Of a stretch of 32,000 nucleotides of DNA, positions 7,856 through 17,108 are shown piece after piece. Both the position numbers and the translations under genes were made by a program. Position 1 is the stretch's first letter; each line of letters starts with the position of its first letter. Location of the stretch: NCBI GenBank assembly GCA_965219535.1, contig CBDCNV010000001.1, forward strand, positions 1,350,001-1,382,000, written 5' to 3'. The stretch comes from Opitutales bacterium (lineage in GTDB: Bacteria; Verrucomicrobiota; Verrucomicrobiia; Opitutales; PNEW01). The notes beneath the pieces were generated by a model. It was not told the origin of the DNA. It searched no databases and saw nothing but the letters and a program-made list of their open reading frames with translations.

Positions 7856-9230
7856 GGTACAACCAGGACATGGTTTACAGATTTAGATCAAGACATGGTT
7901 TACACTTTGTGAGGGATGCTGAACGGTAATCGGGTTATATAGTTAAGTTAATGTTATGCGGTTTTAGAGGTTTGGCTGGCATTGTTGGGGCCGCAAGCGG
8001 CCCCAATGAAAGCAGCCGTTGAAAGGTCAATCTGACCGATTCTGAGAGTGGCAAAGTAAACATCGAAGTGTACCGTGTCTAGTGGTTTTAGTCCAACGCT
8101 CCAACCGGCGAGGGCGGTGGAGATAGGAATCTGGAAGCCATCGAGTTTGATAGACCCGCTTTTTGAGACCCGGCGAGTCATCAAATCATAGCTGATATCG
8201 GCAGGAGTGCCACCGTAAGGATGAGAGCTGTGCTGATAGATTTCAGAGGGCGTGCTCATGGCAAGAGCCGCATGGGGGCGTTCTTCATTGAAGGTCTTGC
8301 GCCACAGATCGAAGGCCACCTGTTGGGTGCGAAGATCGTCCTGGGCATGTTTTTGCAACTCCTCTTTGATATCGCGATGGAGACGCTCATGGGCACCGTT
8401 ATCCTGGGGTTTACCCGGACGTCCACGCTCGAGATTGATCCCTAAGGCCAGCCACCAGGCCGCCAGTTTGCTCAGGCCCAGGACCGCATTGGCACTGGCA
8501 AAGGGACTGCCGTTGTCGCTGCGGATGCAAGCGGGAAGTCCATAGCGTTCAAAGAGTTTTGTGAAGCATTCACGCACCGCTTCGCTACGGGCTGAACTGA
8601 GCACCCGCACCTCTAATACATAGCGGCTCCATTCATCCCGTACCGTCAAAGGTTCACAACGGTTGCCATCAACGGTGTGCCACCACCCTTTGAAGTCTAC
8701 GCTCCACACTTCGTTACAGCCACTGGCCTTGACGCTGCGGTAAAGGCGTCCGCTTTTTTGAGCGCTTCTGCGCCGACGCTTTTGCACCAGTCCCGCACGT
8801 TCCAAGACCCGTTTCACGCTCGAGTCTGAGGGGGCCTTCCCGTAACGCCTCTGGTAAAGCTCGCGGATCTTGTAGGGGCCCCACGTCGGGTGATGATGCT
8901 TGAGTTTGATCAGCGTACATACTACTGATTCGGATAGTTCCTGAACACTTCCATGCGGTCGGCGTGAGCGCTCGTGCAACCCCTCCATCCCTTCGCTCAG
9001 GAAGCGCTTCTTCCATTTATACCCTGTCGGTCGGCTGATCCCGTAGTCTTCACACAGCTCGTTCATCTTTACTCCCGGTTGCATCGATTCCAGGGCGAAT
9101 TGGTATCTTTGGTCCATTTTATTTGTTTCCTTCCATGACATCATACCCCTTACTTAGCATCCTTCTTTCTTTGGCAATCTGTAAAGGATGTCCTGAACCT
9201 TTTGTGTAAAGAATGTCTTGAACCTATACC
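7856..9230 (-). mobile_element. IS481-family insertion sequence, about 1.4 kb
   Basis: Single DDE (rve) transposase ORF. Imperfect terminal inverted repeats are ggtacaaccaggacatgg... at the left and ...gtcttgaacctatacc at the right. Each end carries two CA(A/G)GACAT..TTTACA sub-repeats. It looks more GC-rich than the flanks by eye. No clear target-site duplication was found. Confidence 0.8.
7954..9144 (-). CDS. IS481-family transposase (HTH + integrase-core DDE domain)
   Basis: 396 aa. N-terminal HTH (ELCEDYGISRPTGYKWKKRF). rve-core features are WSVDFKG, IRSDNGSPF and PGKPQDNGAHERLHR. Confidence 0.9.
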   Translation of the reverse strand: MMSWKETNKMDQRYQFALESMQPGVKMNELCEDYGISRPTGYKWKKRFLSEGMEGLHERSRRPHGSVQELSESVVCTLIKLKHHHPTWGPYKIRELYQRRYGKAPSDSSVKRVLERAGLVQKRRRRSAQKSGRLYRSVKASGCNEVWSVDFKGWWHTVDGNRCEPLTVRDEWSRYVLEVRVLSSARSEAVRECFTKLFERYGLPACIRSDNGSPFASANAVLGLSKLAAWWLALGINLERGRPGKPQDNGAHERLHRDIKEELQKHAQDDLRTQQVAFDLWRKTFNEERPHAALAMSTPSEIYQHSSHPYGGTPADISYDLMTRRVSKSGSIKLDGFQIPISTALAGWSVGLKPLDTVHFDVYFATLRIGQIDLSTAAFIGAACGPNNASQTSKTA

Positions 9231-9289
9231 GTCACAAAAACGTTAACTTATTTGAGAATTATTAGATAAGAACCTATCTTTCGCAATAA

Positions 9290-9321
9290 ACCTAACACCT
9301 AAAACTTAATACTTAACACTG
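9290..9321 (-). repeat. GTNTTAG heptamer array, inverted partner of 7766-7841
   Basis: The sequence acctaacacctaaaacttaatacttaacactg is the reverse complement of the gtgttaag/gttttagg word family. Confidence 0.8.
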
Positions 9322-9570
9322 CGAAGCATCCCCGTGCCTGAAGAAGAAAAACCCGAGAAAAAACCCTGGCCTATGACATGGGTGGTGATCGCAATTCTTA
9401 TTTATATTCTCGTTCAGACACTCTATATGATTTTCTCTTGAAGAGGGTGAACAGTGGGGAGTAAACCGGAAGGCCGGATGTTCGGAGAACTGGGGGATTG
9501 ATTATATTCAATGATGTCTGATCCCAGTTCACTACTTTACAGAGCTGATAAATTGATTTAATATAATAAG

Positions 9571-9870
9571 ATGAAAATAAGGGCTCAAGTGGAGAAGACA
9601 ACTCCGGTGACAGAATCTGAGACGAAGATTGCCCTGGATATTATTTGGCATGTCATAGTATTAAATGATCCTGTAAATTTAATGTCTTACGTAGTTACGG
9701 TATTTAAAAGAGTATTTGGTTTTAATCATGAGACAGCCCGAAAACATATGCTCGAAGTTCACGAAAATGGGCGTTCGCTTTTATGGAGTGGTCCGCGGGA
9801 AAAAGCGGAGGCCTATGTGCACACTTTACAGAAATGGCAGCTAACCGCGACAATGGAACAGGATGGTTAA
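9571..9870 (+). CDS. clpS: ATP-dependent Clp protease adaptor ClpS
   Basis: 99 aa. The core W.VIVLNDPVNLMSYVV.VF and the E.A...M.EVH..G segment are typical of ClpS. Confidence 0.9.
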   Translation: MKIRAQVEKTTPVTESETKIALDIIWHVIVLNDPVNLMSYVVTVFKRVFGFNHETARKHMLEVHENGRSLLWSGPREKAEAYVHTLQKWQLTATMEQDG

Positions 9871-10324
9871 TTTAAGTCTATTTCTCGATTCGCATCTCAT
9901 CGTCGCGATGCTTGAGATGGTAAAGGCCGCTACCGAATCTTTGAATGGTCACTTAGCGGTCGATCCGCAGATGCCAGAAGATGACGAAGATCTACAGATG
10001 GCCTGGCAAGCTGACCTAATTGAAGCACTTCATTATGATATCGATTATCTTCTCATGGTTTTGCGCGACCACGAATTCGGCAAAGGTGAGCTGATCATGG
10101 AGGAGGGAGTCGCGGAATCGGTAGTACGCGCCTGTTCCGCAATTCGATTAAAATTAAGAGAGTCAGCGCTACTAAAATTAACCGACCATCAGCTGGAAAG
10201 TGCAGAGGTGGATATCCTTTCACTACCGACAGACATGCAGCAATGTTATGCCTGTTATTTGTTTCTCGCCAGTCTGCAGTCCTTAATTCTTATAGAATTA
10301 GATCCCTCTTGTGAGGAATTTTGA
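9863..10324 (+). CDS. hypothetical acidic protein translationally coupled to clpS
   Basis: 153-aa ORF whose ATG overlaps the clpS stop by 8 nt. Coding-like composition, but no motif I recognise. Confidence 0.6.
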   Translation: MVNLSLFLDSHLIVAMLEMVKAATESLNGHLAVDPQMPEDDEDLQMAWQADLIEALHYDIDYLLMVLRDHEFGKGELIMEEGVAESVVRACSAIRLKLRESALLKLTDHQLESAEVDILSLPTDMQQCYACYLFLASLQSLILIELDPSCEEF

Positions 10325-10339
10325 GGGATAGTGATTCAA

Positions 10340-10370
10340 TTGCGGATGTCGGATTGCGGAATGCGGATTT
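10340..10370 (+). repeat. heptamer word array NTNCGGA, 4 units
   Basis: Units are ttgcgga tgtcgga ttgcgga atgcgga ttt, the same family as 1152-1192. Confidence 0.8.
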
Positions 10371-10431
10371 ATCCTTTCGGTGCTAAATATTTTTCACTGA
10401 ACCCTGTACCGTGGGCGTAGCCCGACATCTT

Positions 10432-10481
10432 CAACCCTGAACGCTAAACCCTGAACAGTGAACCTTGAACGGTGAACGGTG
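10432..10481 (+). repeat. heptamer word array GAACNNT, about 7 units
   Basis: Units are caaccct gaacgct aaaccct gaacagt gaacctt gaacggt gaacggt g. Confidence 0.85.
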
Positions 10482-10755
10482 GATGCAGACGAAGCTTTAA
10501 TCAAAAAGATCAAAACAGGATTGAAAGTTGACGATGATGGGGGATCGGTATTTATTAATAATGACCCTGCTGTGTACGAAATATTAAAAACACGCTCTAA
10601 TCCTTATAAAGTAAATTACAATAACGGGAGCTCGACCTGAGATGGCGGCTGTCAAGCCGTAAACCGGAAGGCAAAAGCTGTCTCAAGAGCACCCACCTGG
10701 ACATAAACAGGTCATAGAGTTTTTTAATCCCTTCGGCACAAGCGGGGTTATTTCA

Positions 10756-10787
10756 ATTGTCGATTTGCGATTGTCGATTTACGATTG
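10756..10787 (+). repeat. heptamer word array ATTNNCG, 4.5 units
   Basis: Units are attgtcg atttgcg attgtcg atttacg attg. Confidence 0.8.
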
Positions 10788-10843
10788 ATATAAAAGGATA
10801 AATTTTTTTTTCATCATATTTCCCAGCGTCTGTATTCCTCTTT

Positions 10844-10875
10844 GCTTTCGACTTTCGACCTTCGACTTTCGACGG
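10844..10875 (+). repeat. heptamer word array CTTTCGA, 4 units, abutting the lpxI stop
   Basis: Units are g ctttcga ctttcga ccttcga ctttcga cgg. Confidence 0.85.
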
Positions 10876-10876
10876 G

Positions 10877-11716
10877 TCAAAAACCGAACAACTGGATTTT
10901 CCATTCCTTTGCCTGGTTTATAACACGGTCCTTTTCAAGGATGATCGTCGCCTCTGATTCGAGGACAGCAATATCGATTTTTGCTTCGCGCATAACACCC
11001 AGTGTTTTTAATCCGAAAACTGGAACATCAAAGCGAAAGTCCTGATTTGGTTTTACGGTTTTGATAAAAAGCATGGGGTGCGCATCAAAGCTTCCCGCAC
11101 GCCGTAACATATTGTCGGTCCCTTCATAGGCCTCAACCGCAATCACGGTACCTTTGCTCACAACAACACTTTGCCCGATGTTTAATCGCGCGGTCTCTTT
11201 CGCGATTTTAATGCCGTGTTCAACATCCTCCATTTTTGCTTTAAGCTTAGCTCCTGTCATGAGTCCAGGTTGAGCCAGTTCGTGATCAAGAAAGGAGCGC
11301 GCATCCAACATTTGAACACCGACCCCACTGATCTCATCGCAGATTCCACCGTAAATGGTTTCTGCGTTACGTTCATTGAGTGAGGAAAGTAACTTGATGG
11401 CTTTGACATCGGGATGTAAACCTTGGAAAAGACGCCGTGGTGTGATCTGACCGATCATCATCGCATAGCCCACCTGAAAATTATCCAATTGTTTTAACAT
11501 CTTCCCCAATTGTCCTACTTTGATGATTGCCAAATCATCTGGAGAAAATGAATCAATCACCTCTTGCTTTGTTTCTCCCTCAAAGGCAATCAAGCGCAAG
11601 GGGATTCCTTTTTCACGCGCCGAGGCGATCGTGCGCTCAGGATAAGTGTCTTTACCGGCAATCAGAGCGAGAGCGCGGGAAGGATCGAAGTCATCTGGCA
11701 AAAACTTGGATAACAC
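10877..11716 (-). CDS. lpxI: UDP-2,3-diacylglucosamine hydrolase LpxI (DUF1009 family)
   Basis: 279 aa. N-terminal LALIAGKDTYP segment and overall similarity to the LpxI/DUF1009 layout as I recall it. Confidence 0.75.
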   Translation of the reverse strand: MLSKFLPDDFDPSRALALIAGKDTYPERTIASAREKGIPLRLIAFEGETKQEVIDSFSPDDLAIIKVGQLGKMLKQLDNFQVGYAMMIGQITPRRLFQGLHPDVKAIKLLSSLNERNAETIYGGICDEISGVGVQMLDARSFLDHELAQPGLMTGAKLKAKMEDVEHGIKIAKETARLNIGQSVVVSKGTVIAVEAYEGTDNMLRRAGSFDAHPMLFIKTVKPNQDFRFDVPVFGLKTLGVMREAKIDIAVLESEATIILEKDRVINQAKEWKIQLFGF

Positions 11717-11732
11717 GACGAATGATCATTAA

Positions 11733-14330
11733 TTAATTAGCGACTATATTAAGGATTTTGCCCGGGACAAAAATTACTTTCCTCAAGTTCTTTCCTTCCA
11801 GATGCGGCGCCACGCGTGGATTTTCCTTTGCGATCGCGAGCACATCGTTTTCTCCTGCATCTGCTGGAACGAGGGCTTCACCACGCATTTTGCCATTCAC
11901 TTGAAAAATGATTTTAACTTCGTCTGTTACAAATTTCGATTCGTCATGCCTTGGCCAGGGTGCATTCACGATCGATGGCTTTTCACCCACACGCTGCCAT
12001 AACTCCTCCGCGATATGCGGCGCAAAGGGTGCCAGCAGCTGAATAAATGTTTTTACCGTTGTCAAACTGATGGTCTCCAATTTTTGCAGGTGGTTAGAAA
12101 GTATCATCATCTGTGAGACGGCGGTATTGAACTGTAATCCCTCAATATCTTCAGTAACTTTTTTTATAGTTTGATGTAGAAGGAGCCCAGTTTCGGGATC
12201 ATCAGTTGTGTCCTCCTTAATTTTATTTTTCAAGTTGCCGGAGCGATCCATGAGTACACGCCATACTCGTCTCAAAAATCGCTGGACACCATCGATTCCG
12301 TGCGTGCTCCACGGTTTCATCGACTCCAGGGGACCCATAAACATTTCATAAAGCCGTAACGAATCAGCGCCGAATTCATCAATGACTACATTAGGGTTGA
12401 TTACATTACCCTTGCTTTTACTCATTTTAGTTCCGTCTTCACCAAGGATAGTTCCCTGGTGAAAGAGACGACAGAAAGGTTCAGGCTCTTTAACGACTTT
12501 AAGTTCATAGAGAAATTGATGCCAGAACCGAGCGTAAAGCAGGTGCAGTACCGCATGTTCAGCTCCCCCGATGTAATAGTCAGGTGATTTCCAGTAATCA
12601 TCGATTTTCGAATCGATTAGTTTATTGTCATTATTCGGATCGCAATAACGTAAATAATACCAACACGAACCAGCCCATTGTGGCATGGTGTTAGTTTCAC
12701 GAGTCGCTCGTACCCAGTTTTCCCCTTCTGGTTTTTCTTGGTCACTGGGATGCGATTTACCGGTATCCACATTAAACCATATTTCGACCCATTCCCTTCT
12801 GTTTGCAAGTGGGCTTTCGCCAGTGTCCGATGGCTGAAATGATTCTACTTCCGGCAGGAGGAGTGGTAATTGCGACTCGGGTATGGGGAGTGCATAACGC
12901 TGGATGCCATCAACTTTATAACTAACAGAATCTTTCGGTATGAATGCTGATACGGCGCTCCCGGTTAATCCAACGGCCCTTTCATAAGCATTCTCATCAA
13001 CCCATACGATAGGAATAGGTTCGCCCCAGTAACGCTGACGAGAAAATAACCAATCGCGTAATTTGTAATTTACGGTTGCTTTACCACGACTCGATTTCTC
13101 GAGATCGGAGATAACTTTTTCTTTTCCCAAAGCTGAATCCAAACCCGTAAAATTTCCGGAATTTATCATTTTGCCCACACCACGGTAGGGTAGAGTATTC
13201 TCACTCTCACTTCCTACCTCCTGTTTTTGCTCAATGACTTCAATAATGGGTAGCTCGAATTGCTGCGCAAATTCGTAATCACGTTCATCATGGGCGGGAA
13301 CCGCCATGATTGCTCCGGTGCCATAACTCATCAACACATAATCGGCAATCCAGACAGGTATCTTTTCATTATTGACCGGATTAATCGCAAAGCTACCCGT
13401 GAAGACCCCAGTCTTTTCTTTGGCAAGATCGGTGCGGTCGAGGTCGCTTTTTTTCGCGGCCATTTTTATGTAGGCTGTGACTTCATTTTTGTACGCGGAC
13501 TGAGTTAATTTATTAACAAGGGGGTGTTCCGGGGATAAAACCATGTAAGTGGCACCGAACAAAGTATCTGGACGTGTCGTAAAAACATGCAGTTTGTCAT
13601 CGGGATACCCATCGATGTCAAAGACCACCTCAGCTCCATCCGACCTGCCAATCCAGGCTATTTGCTGACGTTTTGTTGAATCAGGCCAGTCGATGTTTTT
13701 TAATCCCTCGAGTAGTTTTTCGGCATAGGCAGTGATTCGAAGCACGATTTGTCGGAAATTACGGCGCTCAACCGGGTGTCCCCCTCTTTCGGAAAGCCCG
13801 TCGATTACCTCTTCATTAGCTAGAACGGATTGTAATTTAGGGCACCACCATACTGGCCGTTCATCACTGTAGGCCAGACCATGTTTGAACATATGAAGGA
13901 AAATCCATTGAGTCCATTTATAGTAACCAGGGTCTGTAGTGTTGATTTCGCGATCCCAGTCGATGGCAAAACCAATCCGATTTATTTGTTGACGAAAATT
14001 TTCGATATTTAACCGAGTTGTTTCGCGAGGATGGGTCCCCGTAGAGATGGCATACTGTTCCGCGGGCAGACCAAAAGCGTCCCATCCCATTGGGTGTAGG
14101 ACGTTAAATCCTAACGCCTTTTTGTAACGGGCAAGGATATCAGATGCAATCCAACCCTCCGGGTGACCAATATGTAAGCCGGCACCCGAAGGGTAGGGAA
14201 ACATATCGAGAATGTAATACTTCGGTTTGTCTATAAAATCTTCGGCCCGGAAAGTTTTATTTTCTTTCCAGAATTTTTGCCAATGGGCTTCGATTTTTTT
14301 AAAATCGTATTCTGTGCATTCGGTAGACAT
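11733..14330 (-). CDS. leuS: leucine--tRNA ligase
   Basis: 865 aa. HIGH motif (GLHIGHPEG), KMSKS motif (TKMSKSKGN), and a CP1 editing-domain-sized insertion. Confidence 0.95.
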   Translation of the reverse strand: MSTECTEYDFKKIEAHWQKFWKENKTFRAEDFIDKPKYYILDMFPYPSGAGLHIGHPEGWIASDILARYKKALGFNVLHPMGWDAFGLPAEQYAISTGTHPRETTRLNIENFRQQINRIGFAIDWDREINTTDPGYYKWTQWIFLHMFKHGLAYSDERPVWWCPKLQSVLANEEVIDGLSERGGHPVERRNFRQIVLRITAYAEKLLEGLKNIDWPDSTKRQQIAWIGRSDGAEVVFDIDGYPDDKLHVFTTRPDTLFGATYMVLSPEHPLVNKLTQSAYKNEVTAYIKMAAKKSDLDRTDLAKEKTGVFTGSFAINPVNNEKIPVWIADYVLMSYGTGAIMAVPAHDERDYEFAQQFELPIIEVIEQKQEVGSESENTLPYRGVGKMINSGNFTGLDSALGKEKVISDLEKSSRGKATVNYKLRDWLFSRQRYWGEPIPIVWVDENAYERAVGLTGSAVSAFIPKDSVSYKVDGIQRYALPIPESQLPLLLPEVESFQPSDTGESPLANRREWVEIWFNVDTGKSHPSDQEKPEGENWVRATRETNTMPQWAGSCWYYLRYCDPNNDNKLIDSKIDDYWKSPDYYIGGAEHAVLHLLYARFWHQFLYELKVVKEPEPFCRLFHQGTILGEDGTKMSKSKGNVINPNVVIDEFGADSLRLYEMFMGPLESMKPWSTHGIDGVQRFLRRVWRVLMDRSGNLKNKIKEDTTDDPETGLLLHQTIKKVTEDIEGLQFNTAVSQMMILSNHLQKLETISLTTVKTFIQLLAPFAPHIAEELWQRVGEKPSIVNAPWPRHDESKFVTDEVKIIFQVNGKMRGEALVPADAGENDVLAIAKENPRVAPHLEGKNLRKVIFVPGKILNIVAN

Positions 14331-14339
14331 TATGCACTA

Positions 14340-14372
14340 GTCAAAAGGTCAAAAGGTCAAAAGGTCAAAAGG
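14340..14372 (+). repeat. octamer array GTCAAAAG, 4 units
   Basis: gtcaaaag x4 + g, starting 10 nt upstream of the leuS start codon. Same word as in the arms at 4171 and 4779. Confidence 0.9.
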
Positions 14373-14384
14373 AAATGCGTTTGC

Positions 14385-14452
14385 GCGTGGATGCGTGGAT
14401 GCGTGGATGCGTGGATGTGAGGATGTGAGGATGGGTGGATGGGTGGATGGGT
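14385..14452 (+). repeat. octamer array GNGNGGAT, 8.5 units in three variant blocks
   Basis: gcgtggat x4, gtgaggat x2, gggtggat x2, then gggt. Confidence 0.95.
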
Positions 14453-14626
14453 ATAAGCACTATACGCTGAAATGTTTAGCAAAATATGTATCCTGTATCA
14501 ATCCGCTTAATCGCATTCACGCTTACACTCATATTCGCATTGATTAATCACTCCCTTCAGCCGTTAGTTATATTTAGCTTATTATTATTTTCTTTTCCTA
14601 AATCGTTAGATAATTATTCTAAGCGT

Positions 14627-16315
14627 ATGAATTGGCAAAAGTTTTATATGATTTATTCGAAGCGATGTGCATTAATACTTACTGTCGCGGCAGCCTTGAT
14701 TATATTAGGTCTGATCCAATCACCAGCTGTGGCGAATGAAACAGAACCAACCCTCATTGGTTATGCCAAAGCGGGGCCACTCAAAGAGACGATAGAGAAA
14801 GTAACTGCCGTAGCGCGTAAAATTCAACCTTCACCACAAGTAGAAAATCTGCCTTACATGGTAGGTATGATGCTGGGGGATCCCACGCTGGCCAGTATTT
14901 CGGCGACGGAAAATATTACCGTATTTATCTATAATACCTCGTCAAATAAGGAAGCTACTTATCTTGCGTTGGTAAAGTTGACCGAGGATAGCCCCATTCG
15001 CAATGCCTTGTCTCTACAAAGCGTGATCGTTGAAGATCGAGGAGGTTGGACACTGATTTCACGCGACCAATTTTTACTCGAGCAGATTGAGAACATAGAG
15101 CCATTAATCAAATTGGCGCAAAAAGAACGCGGGGCGGACATCGAAATTGGATTCTGGTTAAATCGTATAAAGTATCCCGTTGAATCCATTAAATACGATA
15201 TTATCAGAAGACTTGAGAGAGAGGGGCGCATTAAAAATGAAGCGGACAGAGCGACAATAGAAGGTTTGATTGATATCATTGTTGGAGAATTAATGAGTCT
15301 TGAAAGCTTGCTAACAGGGATAAATATCACACCCGAGGCGCTCGTCATACAGAGCAATATAAAAGCAAATAGCGAGACGCCGCTGGGCAGACTTTTTTCC
15401 CAGGAACTGGTGCGAGATATTCGGGTGGGAGAATACCTATCCGCAGATAGCTCCTTGACCTACTGGTTTCGATTCGATCCAAAAGCATCAAGTGAGTATG
15501 TTAACCATATCTTGAATGCGGTAATTGATGTAAGCCAGAGTGGATGGAAGTTGCTGATGATTAGTTTTAAAGATCTTTACGATAAGTTTTTGCAAGGTAT
15601 TGATGGAACATCTGTGGGCAGCTTTGAAATGAATAAAATGACTGTAAAGATGAAACAATTAGGAGGGATTGATCTGAGCAGTAATGAATTTGCCGATCTG
15701 ATTGTAGAGGGCATAAAACTAACGGATGAATTGATAAAGCTACTCAATATAGATAGTGGGATTGATATTACGCCTTTGTATATTTTTCAACGCGATGCCT
15801 TTACTGTGAACGGAGTCTCCGTCCACACGTTGAAATCCGGATTTAATAATACGGATGATTTCAATGCTGGAGATTCCGAGGAAGCAAATTCATACGCCGA
15901 TCAAACTTATTATTATGCGGTGAGCAATGGCGTTTATCTCAATGCTTCAGATCGCAAGAGCATTGAGGAGATAATTAAGCAAGTGACTTCTGGTAAGCCG
16001 ACTGATGGAAATATAAATACCGTGTTTAGCTTCAAAGAGGGAATGCTCGGCCAACTACGAGTCGACCTGAAGCGCAGTTTGATTATGACGATTGAGAATC
16101 AAGAAAATATCGAGCCCGAGTTTGAGGCTAAGATAGGTGAAAAAATAGAATCGGCAGTGATGGAACCGGTTTTCAGTGAACTCAGGATTCGAAACTCTCG
16201 TTTGAGTATCGGTGCGAAAGCTTCATGGGAGAGCATGGCGAATTGGGCCGCAATCATGCAAATGATTAACCAGGGGCCTATGCCAGAGGAGCTACCTGTC
16301 TTTGAAGCTCAATAA
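14627..16315 (+). CDS. secreted or periplasmic protein of unknown function
   Basis: 562 aa from the ATG at 14627. This gives a signal-peptide-like N-terminus (MNWQKFYMIYSKRCALILTVAAALIILGLIQSPAVA/NE). The track start at 14486 adds an implausible leader. No recognisable catalytic motif. Confidence 0.7.
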   Translation: MNWQKFYMIYSKRCALILTVAAALIILGLIQSPAVANETEPTLIGYAKAGPLKETIEKVTAVARKIQPSPQVENLPYMVGMMLGDPTLASISATENITVFIYNTSSNKEATYLALVKLTEDSPIRNALSLQSVIVEDRGGWTLISRDQFLLEQIENIEPLIKLAQKERGADIEIGFWLNRIKYPVESIKYDIIRRLEREGRIKNEADRATIEGLIDIIVGELMSLESLLTGINITPEALVIQSNIKANSETPLGRLFSQELVRDIRVGEYLSADSSLTYWFRFDPKASSEYVNHILNAVIDVSQSGWKLLMISFKDLYDKFLQGIDGTSVGSFEMNKMTVKMKQLGGIDLSSNEFADLIVEGIKLTDELIKLLNIDSGIDITPLYIFQRDAFTVNGVSVHTLKSGFNNTDDFNAGDSEEANSYADQTYYYAVSNGVYLNASDRKSIEEIIKQVTSGKPTDGNINTVFSFKEGMLGQLRVDLKRSLIMTIENQENIEPEFEAKIGEKIESAVMEPVFSELRIRNSRLSIGAKASWESMANWAAIMQMINQGPMPEELPVFEAQ

Positions 16316-16425
16316 TTTTTATTTATGAGGGAGATTATTGATTTTATGTCGACATAAATGATTCGCAGGATACTATGAATTTGACGTATATAGGACGCTC
16401 ATTGACGAAAAGATTTGGTATTTAA

Positions 16426-16989
16426 ATGAGATATTTAGGTGAAAAGGAGATAAGGCTCTCCGGTTCATTACTGGTGGCCCACCCGAGCTTAATCGAACCG
16501 AATTTTAATAAATCGGTTGTGCTTATATCTCTTCATACGACAGAAGATGGGGCAATGGGAGTGGTTATTAATCGTCCCTTAGGCAAATCCCTGGGGGTTC
16601 ATAAAAAGGATTTTGCTTTCAGCTCTTTATCTGACATTCCGCTTTACGAAGGGGGACCCGTGAACAAGGATCAGATGATTCTAATCGCCTGGAAAATGGA
16701 CCGCGAGTGCAAAGATTTTAAGATCTATTTTGGCATTAATCCCGAAAAAGCTGAAGCGATGAGAAAGGAAGAACCGAACCTTGTTTTGCGCGGATTTCTG
16801 GGACACGCCGGATGGCAAAAGGGACAAATCGAGGGTGAAGTGAAGCAAAACGCATGGATTGTAAGCCCGATTGACGGGGGAATCATTTTAAAAGACGATG
16901 GAAAGATGCTTTGGCAGAATATCTTGTTTAGAGCTAACCCGAAACTCCGTTTACTCGCTGACGCCCCCGAGGACCCGTCGGTAAATTGA
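16426..16989 (+). CDS. YqgE/AlgH family protein (UPF0301)
   Basis: 187 aa. N-terminal LLVAHPSL.EPNF.KSVVL and GAMGVVINRP are typical of the family. Confidence 0.85.
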   Translation: MRYLGEKEIRLSGSLLVAHPSLIEPNFNKSVVLISLHTTEDGAMGVVINRPLGKSLGVHKKDFAFSSLSDIPLYEGGPVNKDQMILIAWKMDRECKDFKIYFGINPEKAEAMRKEEPNLVLRGFLGHAGWQKGQIEGEVKQNAWIVSPIDGGIILKDDGKMLWQNILFRANPKLRLLADAPEDPSVN

Positions 16990-17019
16990 TTTGGGTGCCC
17001 TTCGAACATTATTAAGAAA

Positions 17020-17108
17020 GATATCCGATTTTCGATATACGACGTTTGATGTGAAAATGAAATCAAACACCTCGAACTTCGAATATCGGATATCAAACGT
17101 CGGATATC
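17020..17108. repeat. inverted pair of heptamer words (GATATCC / TCGAA / CGACGTTTGAT) around a short core
   Basis: Left: gatatccgattttcgatatacgacgtttgatgtg. Right: tcaaacacctcgaacttcgaatatcggatatcaaacgtcggatatc. Confidence 0.7.

Noticed and set aside
8221-9016. ORFs 8221-8445, 8252-8545 and 8714-9016 within the IS
   Set aside because: They overlap the intact 396-aa transposase frame. IS481-type elements encode a single transposase without a programmed frameshift.
9463-9476. 14-nt exact repeat gtaaaccggaaggc, also present at 10657-10670
   Set aside because: A single 14-mer coincidence is expected by chance at roughly order one in 32 kb over both strands, and there is no extended similarity around it.
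9398-9601. 67-aa minus-strand ORF upstream of clpS
   Set aside because: It overlaps the clpS start region in antisense and has no recognisable features.
10842-11045. 67-aa plus-strand ORF beginning in the CTTTCGA array
   Set aside because: It starts inside a tandem array and runs antisense to lpxI.
14340-14452. Could the regularly spaced short repeats here, and at the other word arrays, be CRISPR arrays?
   Set aside because: The period is only 6-8 nt with no unique spacers between units, and no cas genes are present. These are tandem word arrays, not CRISPR.
14486-14626. Upstream 47 codons of the track ORF 14486-16315
   Set aside because: The extension is low-complexity and hydrophobic and precedes a much better start (ATG 14627) that yields a canonical signal peptide.
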